From Macrostomum lignano (taxonomy: Eukaryota): a stretch of DNA of 31,889 nt. Shown one piece after another: positions 12,735 to 24,629 of the stretch. The notes under the pieces are model-generated. The model had not been told where the DNA came from, made no database searches, and saw only the letters and a list, made by a program, of their open reading frames with translations. The number at the start of each line of letters is the position of its first letter. The stretch's first letter is position 1. The stretch is taken from assembly GCA_002269645.1 (NCBI GenBank), contig NIVC01002091.1, positions 1-31,889 on the forward strand. The letters are read 5' to 3'. Position numbers and translations under genes: made by a program.

Positions 12735-15136
12735 GAGAATCACTCCTGATCCTCCCTGACAATCACTCCTGATCCTCCCTGAGAATCACTCCTGATCCTC
12801 CCTGAGAATCACTCCTGATCCTCCCTGACAATCACTCCTGATCCTCCCTGAGAATCACTCCTGATCCTCCCTGACAATCACTCCTGATCCTCCCTGAGAA
12901 TCACTCCTGATCCTCCCTGAGAATCACTCCTGATCCTCCCTGTGAATCACTCCTGATCGTCCCTGAGAATCACTCCTGATCCTCCCTGAGAATCACTCCT
13001 GATCCTCCCTATCCTCCCTGAGAATCACTCCTGATCCTCCCTGAGAATCACTCCTGATCCTCCCTGACAATCACTCCTGATCCTCCCTATCCTCCCTGAG
13101 AATCACTCCTGATCCTCCCTGAGAATCACTCCTGATCCTCCCTGACAATCACTCCTGATCCTCCTATCCTCCCTGAGAATCACTCCTGATCCTCCCTGAG
13201 AATCACTCCTGATCCTCCCTGACAATCACTCCTGATCCTCCCTATCCTCCCTAGAATCACTCCTGATCCTCCCTGAGAATCACTCCTGATCCTCCCTGAC
13301 AATCACTCCTGATCCTCCCTAGAATCACTCCTGATCCTCCCTGAGAATCACTCCTGATCCTCCCTGACAATCACTCCTGATCCTCCCTGACAATCACTCC
13401 TGATCCTCCCTGAGAATCACTCCTGATCCTCCCTGACAATCGCTCCTGATCCTCCCTGAGAATCACTCCTGATCCTCCCTGACAATCACTCCTGATCCTC
13501 CCTGACAATCACTCCTGATCCTCCCTAGAATCACTCCTGATCCTCCCTGACAATCACTCCTGATCCTCCCTGAGAATCACTCCTGATCCTCCCTGAGAAT
13601 CACTCCTGATCCTCCCTGAGAATCACTCCTGATCCTCCCTGAGAATCACTCCTGATCCTCCCTGACAATCACTCCTGATCCTCCCTGAGAATCACTCCTG
13701 ATCCTCCCTGACAATCACTCCTGATCCTCCCTGAGAATCACTCCTGATCCTCCCTGACAATCACTCCTGATCCTCCCTGAGAATCACTCCTGATCCTCCC
13801 TGAGAATCACTCCTGATCCTCCCTGACAATCACTCCTGATCCTCCCTGAGAATCACTCCTGATCCTCCCTGACAATCACTCCTGATCCTCCCTGAGAATC
13901 ACTCCTGATCCTCCCTGAGAATCACTCCTGATCCTCCCTGAGAATCACTCCTGATCCTCCCTGAGAATCACTCCTGATCCTCCCTGAGAATCACTCCTGA
14001 TCCTCCCTATCCTCCCTGAGAATCACTCCTGATCCTCCCTGAGAATCACTCCTGATCCTCCCTGACAATCACTCCTGATCCTCCCTATCCTCCCTGAGAA
14101 TCACTCCTGATCCTCCCTGAGAATCACTCCTGATCCTCCCTGACAATCACTCCTGATCCTCCCTATCCTCCCTGAGAATCACTCCTGATCCTCCCTGAGA
14201 ATCACTCCTGATCCTCCCTGACAATCACTCCTGATCCTCCCTATCCTCCCTAGAATCACTCCTGATCCTCCCTGAGAATCACTCCTGATCCTCCCTGACA
14301 ATCACTCCTGATCCTCCCTAGAATCACTCCTGATCCTCCCTGAGAATCACTCCTGATCCTCCCTGACAATCACTCCTGATCCTCCCTGACAATCACTCCT
14401 GATCCTCCCTGAGAATCACTCCTGATCCTCCCTGACAATCACTCCTGATCCTCCCTGAGAATCACTCCTGATCCTCCCTGACAATCACTCCTGATCCTCC
14501 CTGACAATCACTCCTGATCCTCCCTAGAATCACTCCTGATCCTCCCTGACAATCACTCCTGATCCTCCCTGAGAATCACTCCTGATCCTCCCTGAGAATC
14601 ACTCCTGATCCTCCCTGAGAATCACTCCTGATCCTCCCTGAGAATCACTCCTGATCCTCCCTGACAATCACTCCTGATCCTCCCTGAGAATCACTCCTGA
14701 TCCTCCCTGACAATCACTCCTGATCCTCCCTGAGAATCACTCCTGATCCTCCCTGACAATCACTCCTGATCCTCCCTGAGAATCACTCCTGATCCTCCCT
14801 GAGAATCACTCCTGATCCTCCCTGACAATCACTCCTGATCCTCCCTGAGAATCACTCCTGATCCTCCCTGACAATCACTCCTGATCCTCCCTGAGAATCA
14901 CTCCTGATCCTCCCTGAGAATCACTCCTGATCCTCCCTGAGAATCACTCCTGATCCTCCCTGAGAATCACTCCTGATCCTCCCTGAGAATCACTCCTGAC
15001 TCCTATCCTCCCTGAGAATCACTCCTGATCCTCCCTGAGAATCACTCCTGATCCTCCCTGACAATCACTCCTGATCCTCCTATCCTCCCTGAGAATCACT
15101 CCTGATCCTCCCTGAGAATCACTCCTGATCCTCCCT
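12735..15136. repeat. Near-exact tandem duplication with ~999-bp period (about 2.4 periods)
   Basis: I-D landmarks at 13244/13253 and 14243/14252 (offset 999). Monomer order matches on both sides except T* (12942) vs G (13940), a CGCT allele at 13441-13444, and small indels. Confidence 0.85.
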
Positions 15137-18100
15137 GAGAATCACTCCTGATCCTCCCTGAGAATCACTCCTGATCCTCCCTGACAATCACTCCTGATCC
15201 TCCCTGACAATCACTCCTGATCCTCCCTGACAATCACTCCTGATCCTCCCTGAGAATCACTCCTGATCCTCCCTGAGAATCACTCCTGATCCTCCCTGAC
15301 AATCACTCCTGATCCTCCCTGACAATCACTCCTGATCCTCCCTGAGAATCACTCCTGATCCTCCCTGAGAATCACTCCTGATCCTCCCTGACAATCACTC
15401 CTGATCCTCCCTGACAATCACTCCTGATCCTCCCTGACAATCACTCCTGATCCTCCCTGAGAATCACTCCTGATCCTCCCTGACAATCACTCCTGATCCT
15501 CCCTGAGAATCACTCCTGATCCTCCCTGAGAATCACTCCTGATCCTCCCTGAGAATCACTCCTGATCCTCCCTGAGAATCACTCCTGATCCTCCCTGACA
15601 ATCACTCCTGATCCTCCCTGAGAATCACTCCTGATCCTCCCTGAGAATCACTCCTGATCCTCCCTGAGAATCACTCCTGATCCTCCCTGACAATCACTCC
15701 TGATCCTCCCTGAGAATCACTCCTGATCCTCCCTGAGAATCACTCCTGATCCTCCCTGAGAATCACTCCTGATCCTCCCTGAGAATCACTCCTGATCCTC
15801 CCTGACAATCACTCCTGATCCTCCCTGAGAATCACTCCTGATCCTCCCTGAGAATCACTCCTGATCCTCCCTGAGAATCACTCCTGATCCTCCCTGAGAA
15901 TCACTCCTGATCCTCCCTGAGAATCACTCCTGATCCTCCCTATCCTCCTGAGAATCACTCCTGATCCTCCTGATCCTCCCTGAGAATCACTCCTGATCCT
16001 CCCTGAGAATCACTCCTGATCCTCCCTGACAATCACTCCTGATCCTCCCTATCCTCCCTGAGAATCACTCCTGATCCTCCCTGAGAATCACTCCTGATCC
16101 TCCCTGACAATCACTCCTGATCCTCCCTATCCTCCCTGAGAATCACTCCTGATCCTCCCTGAGAATCACTCCTGATCCTCCCTGAGAATCACTCCTGATC
16201 CTCCCTGACAATCACTCCTGATCCTCCTGATCCTCCCTGAGAATCACTCCTGATCCTCCCTGAGAATCACTCCTGATCCTCCCTGACAATCACTCCTGAT
16301 CCTCCCTGAGAATCACTCCTGATCCTCCCTGAGAATCACTCCTGATCCTCCCTGACAATCACTCCTGATCCTCCCTGACAATCACTCCTGATCCTCCCTG
16401 AGAATCACTCCTGATCCTCCCTGAGAATCACTCCTGATCCTCCCTGAGAATCACTCCTGATCCTCCCTGAGAATCACTCCTGATCCTCCCTGACAATCAC
16501 TCCTGATCCTCCCTAGAATCACTCCTGATCCTCCCTGACAATCACTCCTGATCCTCCCTGAGAATCACTCCTGATCCTCCCTGAGAATCACTCCTGATCC
16601 TCCCTGACAATCACTCCTGATCCTCCCTGAGAATCACTCCTGATCCTCCCTGACAATCACTCCTGATCCTCCCTGAGAATCACTCCTGATCCTCCCTGAG
16701 AATCACTCCTGATCCTCCCTGACAATCACTCCTGATCCTCCCTGAGAATCACTCCTGATCCTCCCTGACAATCACTCCTGATCTGATCCTCCCTGAGAAT
16801 CACTCCTGATCCTCCCTGAGAATCACTCCTGATCCTCCCTGAGAATCACTCCTGATCCTCCCTGACAATCACTCCTGATCCTCCCTGAGAATCACTCCTG
16901 ATCCTCCCTGAGAATCACTCCTGATCCTCCCTGAGAATCACTCCTGATCCTCCCTGAGAATCACTCCTGATCCTCCCTGACAATCACTCCTGATCCTCCC
17001 TGAGAATCACTCCTGATCCTCCCTGACAATCACTCCTGATCCTCCTCCCTGAGAATCACTCCTGATCCTCCCTGACAATCACTCCTGATCCTCCCTGAGA
17101 ATCACTCCTGATCCTCCCTGAGAATCACTCCTGATCCTCCCTGAGAATCACTCCTGATCCTCCCTGAGAATCACTCCTGATCCTCCCTGACAATCACTCC
17201 TGATCCTCCCTGAGAATCACTCCTGATCCTCCCTGAGAATCACTCCTGATCCTCCCTGTGAATCACTCCTGATCCTCCCTGAGAATCACTCCTGATCCTC
17301 CCTGAGAATCACTCCTGATCCTCCCTATCCTCCTGAGAATCACTCCTGATCCTCCTATCCTCCCTGAGAATCACTCCTGATCCTCCCTGAGAATCACTCC
17401 TGATCCTCCCTGACAATCACTCCTGATCCTCCCTATCCTCCCTGAGAATCACTCCTGATCCTCCCTGAGAATCACTCCTGATCCTCCCTGACAATCACTC
17501 CTGATCCTCCCTATCCTCCCTGAGAATCACTCCTGATCCTCCCTGAGAATCACTCCTGATCCTCCCTGAGAATCACTCCTGATCCTCCCTGACAATCACT
17601 CCTGATCCTCCCTATCCTCCCTGAGAATCACTCCTGATCCTCCCTGAGAATCACTCCTGATCCTCCCTGACAATCACTCCTGATCCTCCCTGAGAATCAC
17701 TCCTGATCCTCCCTGACAATCACTCCTGATCCTCCCTGACAATCACTCCTGATCCTCCCTGACAATCACTCCTGATCCTCCCTGAGAATCACTCCTGATC
17801 CTCCCTGAATCACTCCTGATCCTCCCTGAGAATCACTCCTGATCCTCCCTGAGAATCACTCCTGATCCTCCCTGACAATCACTCCTGATCCTCCCTGAGA
17901 ATCACTCCTGATCCTCCCTGACAATCACTCCTGATCCTCCCTGAGAATCACTCCTGATCCTCCCTGAGAATCACTCCTGATCCTCCCTGAGAATCACTCC
18001 TGATCCTCCCTGAGAATCACTCCTGATCCTCCCTGACAATCACTCCTGATCCTCCCTGAGAATCACTCCTGATCCTCCCTGACAATCACTCCTGATCCTC

Positions 18101-19047
18101 CCTGAGAATCACTCCTGATCCTCCCTGACAATCACTCCTGATCCTCCCTGAGAATCACTCCTGATCCTCCCTGAGAATCACTCCTGATCCTCCCTGACAA
18201 TCACTCCTGATCCTCCCTGAGAATCACTCCTGATCCTCCCTGACAATCACTCCTGATCCTCCCTGAGAATCACTCCTGATCCTCCCTGAGAATCACTCCT
18301 GATCCTCCCTGTGAATCACTCCTGATCCTCCCTGAGAATCACTCCTGATCCTCCCTGAGAATCACTCCTGATCCTCCCTGAGAATCACTCCTGATCCTCC
18401 CTGAGAATCACTCCTGATCCTCCCTGACAATCACTCCTGATCCTCCTATCCTCCCTGAGAATCACTCCTGATCCTCCCTGAGAATCACTCCTGATCCTCC
18501 CTGACAATCACTCCTGATCCTCCTATCCTCCCTGAGAATCACTCCTGATCCTCCCTGAGAATCACTCCTGATCCTCCCTGACAATCACTCCTGATCCTCC
18601 CTGAGAATCACTCCTGATCCTCCCTGAGAATCACTCCTGATCCTCCCTGTGAATCACTCCTGATCCTCCCTGAGAATCACTCCTGATCCTCCCTGAGAAT
18701 CACTCCTGATCCTCCCTATCCTCCCTGAGAATCACTCCTGATCCTCCCTGAGAATCACTCCTGATCCTCCCTGACAATCACTCCTGATCCTCCCTGACAA
18801 TCACTCCTGATCCTCCCTGAGAATCACTCCTGATCCTCCCTGAGAATCACTCCTGATCCTCCCTGACAATCACTCCTGATCCTCCCTGAGAATCACTCCT
18901 GATCCTCCCTGACAATCACTCCTGATCCTCCCTGAGAATCACTCCTGATCCTCCCTGAGAATCACTCCTGATCCTCCCTGGAATCACTCCTGATCCTCCC
19001 TGAGAATCACTCCTGATCCTCCCTGAGAATCACTCCTGATCCTCCCT

Positions 19048-19359
19048 ATCCTCCCTGAGAATCACTCCTGATCCTCCCTGAGAATCACTCCTGATCCTCC
19101 CTGACAATCACTCCTGATCCTCCCTATCCTCCCTGAGAATCACTCCTGATCCTCCCTGAGAATCACTCCTGATCCTCCCTGACAATCACTCCTGATCCTC
19201 CCTATCCTCCCTGAGAATCACTCCTGATCCTCCCTGAGAATCACTCCTGATCCTCCCTGACAATCACTCCTGATCCTCCCTATCCTCCCTGAGAATCACT
19301 CCTGATCCTCCCTGAGAATCACTCCTGATCCTCCCTGACAATCACTCCTGATCCTCCCT
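19048..19359. repeat. 78-bp unit (I-G-G-C) x4
   Basis: Insertions at 19048, 19126, 19204 and 19282, each followed by G, G, C. A similar x4 run lies at 23769-24078, and x2-x3 runs recur along the window. Confidence 0.92.
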
Positions 19360-22300
19360 AGAATCACTCCTGATCCTCCCTGAGAATCACTCCTGATCCT
19401 CCCTGAGAATCACTCCTGATCCTCCCTGACAATCACTCCTGATCCTCCCTGAGAATCACTCCTGATCCTCCCTGACAATCACTCCTGATCCTCCCTGAGA
19501 ATCACTCCTGATCCTCCCTGAGAATCACTCCTGATCCTCCCTGACAATCACTCCTGATCCTCCCTGAGAATCACTCCTGATCCTCCCTGAGAATCACTCC
19601 TGATCCTCCCTGAGAATCACTCCTGATCCTCCCTGAGAATCACTCCTGATCCTCCCTGACAATCACTCCTGATCCTCCCTGAGAATCACTCCTGATCCTC
19701 CCTGACAATCACTCCTGATCCTCCCTGAGAATCACTCCTGATCCTCCCTGACAATCACTCCTCATCCTCCCTGAGAATCACTCCTGATCCTCCCTGAGAA
19801 TCACTCCTGATCCTCCCTGACAATCACTCCTGATCCTCCCTGAGAATCACTCCTGATCCTCCCTGACAATCACTCCTGATCCTCCCTGAGAATCACTCCT
19901 GATCCTCCCTGAGAATCACTCCTGATCCTCCCTGAATCACTCCTGATCCTCCCTGAGAATCACTCCTGATCCTCCCTGAGAATCACTCCTGATCCTCCTA
20001 TCCTCCCTGAGAATCACTCCTGATCCTCCCTGAGAATCACTCCTGATCCTCCCTGAGAATCACTCCTGATCCTCCCTGAGAATCACTCCTGATCCTCCCT
20101 GAGAATCACTCCTGATCCTCCCTGAGAATCACTCCTGATCCTCCCTGACAATCACTCCTGATCCTCCCTGAGAATCACTCCTGATCCTCCCTGACAATCA
20201 CTCCTGATCCTCCCTGAGAATCACTCCTGATCCTCCCTGACAATCACTCCTCATCCTCCCTGAGAATCACTCCTGATCCTCCCTGAGAATCACTCCTGAT
20301 CCTCCCTGAGAATCACTCCTGATCCTCCCTGAGAATCACTCCTGATCCTCCCTGACAATCACTCCTGATCCTCCCTGAGAATCACTCCTGATCCTCCCTG
20401 AGAATCACTCCTGATCCTCCCTGTGAATCACTCCTGATCTCCCTGAGAATCACTCCTGATCCTCCCTGAGAATCACTCCTGATCCTCCCTATCCTCCTGA
20501 GAATCACTCCTGATCCTCCTATCCTCCCTGAGAATCACTCCTGATCCTCCCTGAGAATCACTCCTGATCCTCCCTGACAATCACTCCTGATCCTCCCTAT
20601 CCTCCCTGAGAATCACTCCTGATCCTCCCTGAGAATCACTCCTGATCCTCCCTGACAATCACTCCTGATCCTCCCTATCCTCCCTGAGAATCACTCCTGA
20701 TCCTCCCTGAGAATCACTCCTGATCCTCCCTGAGAATCACTCCTGATCCTCCCTGACAATCACTCCTGATCCTCCCTATCCTCCCTGAGAATCACTCCTG
20801 ATCCTCCCTGAGAATCACTCCTGATCCTCCCTGACAATCACTCCTGATCCTCCCTGAGAATCACTCCTGATCCTCCCTGACAATCACTCCTGATCCTCCC
20901 TGAGAATCACTCCTGATCCTCCCTGACAATCACTCCTGATCCTCCCTGAGAATCACTCCTGATCCTCCCTGAGAATCACTCCTGATCCTCCCTGAGAATC
21001 ACTCCTGATCCTCCCTGAGAATCACTCCTGATCCTCCCTGACAATCACTCCTGATCCTCCCTAGAATCACTCCTGATCCTCCCTGACAATCACTCCTGAT
21101 CCTCCCTAGAATCACTCCTGATCCTCCCTGAGAATCACTCCTGATCCTCCCTGAGAATCACTCCTGATCCTCCCTGAGAATCACTCCTGATCCTCCCTGA
21201 CAATCACTCCTGATCCTCCCTGAGAATCACTCCTGATCCTCCCTGACAATCACTCCTGATCCTCCCTGAGAATCACTCCTGATCCTCCCTGACAATCACT
21301 CCTCATCCTCCCTGAGAATCACTCCTGATCCTCCCTGAGAATCACTCCTGATCCTCCCTGACAATCACTCCTGATCCTCCCTGAGAATCACTCCTGATCC
21401 TCCCTGACAATCACTCCTGATCCTCCCTGAGAATCACTCCTGATCCTCCCTGAGAATCACTCCTGATCCTCCCTGTGAATCACTCCTGATCCTCCCTGAG
21501 AATCACTCCTGATCCTCCCTGACAATCACTCCTGATCCTCCCTGAGAATCACTCCTGATCCTCCCTGACAATCACTCCTGATCCTCCCTGAGAATCACTC
21601 CTGATCCTCCCTGAGAATCACTCCTGATCCTCCCTGACAATCGCTCCTGATCCTCCCTGAGAATCACTCCTGATCCTCCCTGACAATCACTCCTGATCCT
21701 CCCTATCCTCCCTGAGAATCACTCCTGATCCTCCCTGACAATCACTCCTCATCCTCCCTGAGAATCACTCCTGATCCTCCCTGAGAATCACTCCTGATCC
21801 TCCCTGAGAATCGCTCCTGATCCTCCCTGAGAATCACTCCTGATCCTCCCTGACAATCACTCCTGATCCTCCCTGAGAATCACTCCTGATCCTCCCTGAG
21901 AATCACTCCTGATCCTCCCTGTGAATCACTCCTGATCCTCCCTGAGAATCACTCCTGATCCTCCCTGAGAATCACTCCTGATCCTCCCTATCCTCCCTGA
22001 GAATCACTCCTGATCCTCCCTATCCTCCCTGAGAATCACTCCTGATCCTCCCTGAGAATCACTCCTGATCCTCCCTGACAATCACTCCTGATCCTCCCTA
22101 TCCTCCCTGAGAATCACTCCTGATCCTCCCTGAGAATCACTCCTGATCCTCCCTGACAATCACTCCTGATCCTCCCTATCCTCCCTGAGAATCACTCCTG
22201 ATCCTCCCTGAGAATCACTCCTGATCCTCCCTGAGAATCACTCCTGATCCTCCCTGACAATCACTCCTGATCCTCCCTATCCTCCCTGAGAATCACTCCT

Positions 22301-24147
22301 GATCCTCCCTGAGAATCACTCCTGATCCTCCCTGACAATCACTCCTGATCCTCCCTGAGAATCACTCCTGATCCTCCCTGACAATCACTCCTGATCCTCC
22401 CTGAGAATCACTCCTGATCCTCCCTGACAATCACTCCTGATCCTCCCTGAGAATCACTCCTGATCCTCCCTGAATCACTCCTGATCCTCCCTGAGAATCA
22501 CTCCTGATCCTCCCTGAGAATCACTCCTGATCCTCCCTGACAATCACTCCTGATCCTCCCTAGAATCACTCCTGATCCTCCCTGACAATCACTCCTGATC
22601 CTCCCTAGAATCACTCCTGATCCTCCCTGAGAATCACTCCTGATCCTCCCTGAGAATCACTCCTGATCCTCCCTGAGAATCACTCCTGATCCTCCCTGAC
22701 AATCACTCCTGATCCTCCCTGAGAATCACTCCTGATCCTCCCTGACAATCACTCCTGATCCTCCCTGAGAATCACTCCTGATCCTCCCTGACAATCACTC
22801 CTGATCCTCCCTGAGAATCACTCCTGATCCTCCCTGAGAATCACTCCTGATCCTCCCTGACAATCACTCCTGATCCTCCCTGAGAATCACTCCTGATCCT
22901 CCCTGACAATCACTCCTGATCCTCCCTGAGAATCACTCCTGATCCTCCCTGAGAATCACTCCTGATCCTCCCTGAGAATCACTCCTGATCCTCCCTGAGA
23001 ATCACTCCTGATCCTCCCTGAGAATCACTCCTGATCCTCCCTATCCTCCCTGAGAATCACTCCTGATCCTCCCTGAGAATCACTCCTGATCCTCCCTGAC
23101 AATCACTCCTGATCCTCCCTGAGAATCACTCCTGATCCTCCCTGACAATCACTCCTGATCCTCCCTATCCTCCCTGAGAATCACTCCTGATCCTCCCTGA
23201 GAATCACTCCTGATCCTCCCTGACAATCACTCCTGATCCTCCCTATCCTCCCTGAGAATCACTCCTGATCCTCCCTGAGAATCACTCCTGATCCTCCCTG
23301 ACAATCACTCCTGATCCTCCCTGAGAATCACTCCTGATCCTCCCTGAGAATCACTCCTGATCCTCCCTGTGAATCACTCCTGATCGTCCCTGAGAATCAC
23401 TCCTGATCCTCCCTGAGAATCACTCCTGATCCTCCCTATCCTCCCTGAGAATCACTCCTGATCCTCCCTGAGAATCACTCCTGATCCTCCCTGACAATCA
23501 CTCCTGATCCTCCCTGACAATCACTCCTGATCCTCCCTGAGAATCACTCCTGATCCTCCCTGAGAATCACTCCTGATCCTCCCTGACAATCACTCCTGAT
23601 CCTCCCTGAGAATCACTCCTGATCCTCCCTGACAATCACTCCTGATCCTCCCTGAGAATCACTCCTGATCCTCCCTGAGAATCACTCCTGATCCTCCCTG
23701 TGAATCACTCCTGATCCTCCCTGAGAATCACTCCTGATCCTCCCTGAGAATCACTCCTGATCCTCCCTATCCTCCCTGAGAATCACTCCTGATCCTCCCT
23801 GAGAATCACTCCTGATCCTCCCTGACAATCACTCCTGATCCTCCTATCCTCCCTGAGAATCACTCCTGATCCTCCCTGAGAATCACTCCTGATCCTCCCT
23901 GACAATCACTCCTGATCCTCCTATCCTCCCTGAGAATCACTCCTGATCCTCCCTGAGAATCACTCCTGATCCTCCCTGACAATCACTCCTGATCCTCCCT
24001 ATCCTCCCTGAGAATCACTCCTGATCCTCCCTGAGAATCACTCCTGATCCTCCCTGACAATCACTCCTGATCCTCCCTGAGAATCACTCCTGATCCTCCC
24101 TGACAATCACTCCTGATCCTCCCTGACAATCACTCCTGATCCTCCCT

Positions 24148-24629
24148 AGAATCACTCCTGATCCTCCCTGACAATCACTCCTGATCCTCCCTAGAATCAC
24201 TCCTGATCCTCCCTGAGCAATCACTCCTCATCCTCCCTGAGAATCACTCCTGATCCTCCCTGAGAATCACTCCTGATCCTCCCTGACAATCACTCCTGAT
24301 CCTCCCTGAGAATCACTCCTGATCCTCCCTGACAATCACTCCTGATCCTCCCTGAGAATCACTCCTGATCCTCCCTGACAATCACTCCTGATCCTCCCTG
24401 AGAATCACTCCTGATCCTCCCTGAGAATCACTCCTGATCCTCCCTGACAATCACTCCTGATCCTCCCTGAGAATCACTCCTGATCCTCCCTGACAATCAC
24501 TCCTGATCCTCCCTGAGAATCACTCCTGATCCTCCCTGAGAATCACTCCTGATCCTCCCTGTGAATCACTCCTGATCGTCCCTGAGAATCACTCCTGATC
24601 CTCCCTGAGAATCACTCCTGATCCTCCCT
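24148..24629. repeat. 21-monomer higher-order core (representative copy), consensus D-C-Ta-X-G-G-C-G-C-G-C'-G-G-C-G-C-G-G-T*-G-G followed by I
   Basis: The same 21-monomer count before an I occurs at 365-849, 5568-6046, 8482-8960, 10664-11145, 13527-14008, 14526-15004, 22562-23042, 24148-24629, 25083-25563, 26135-26616, 27069-27551 and 30723-31202. Confidence 0.82.
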
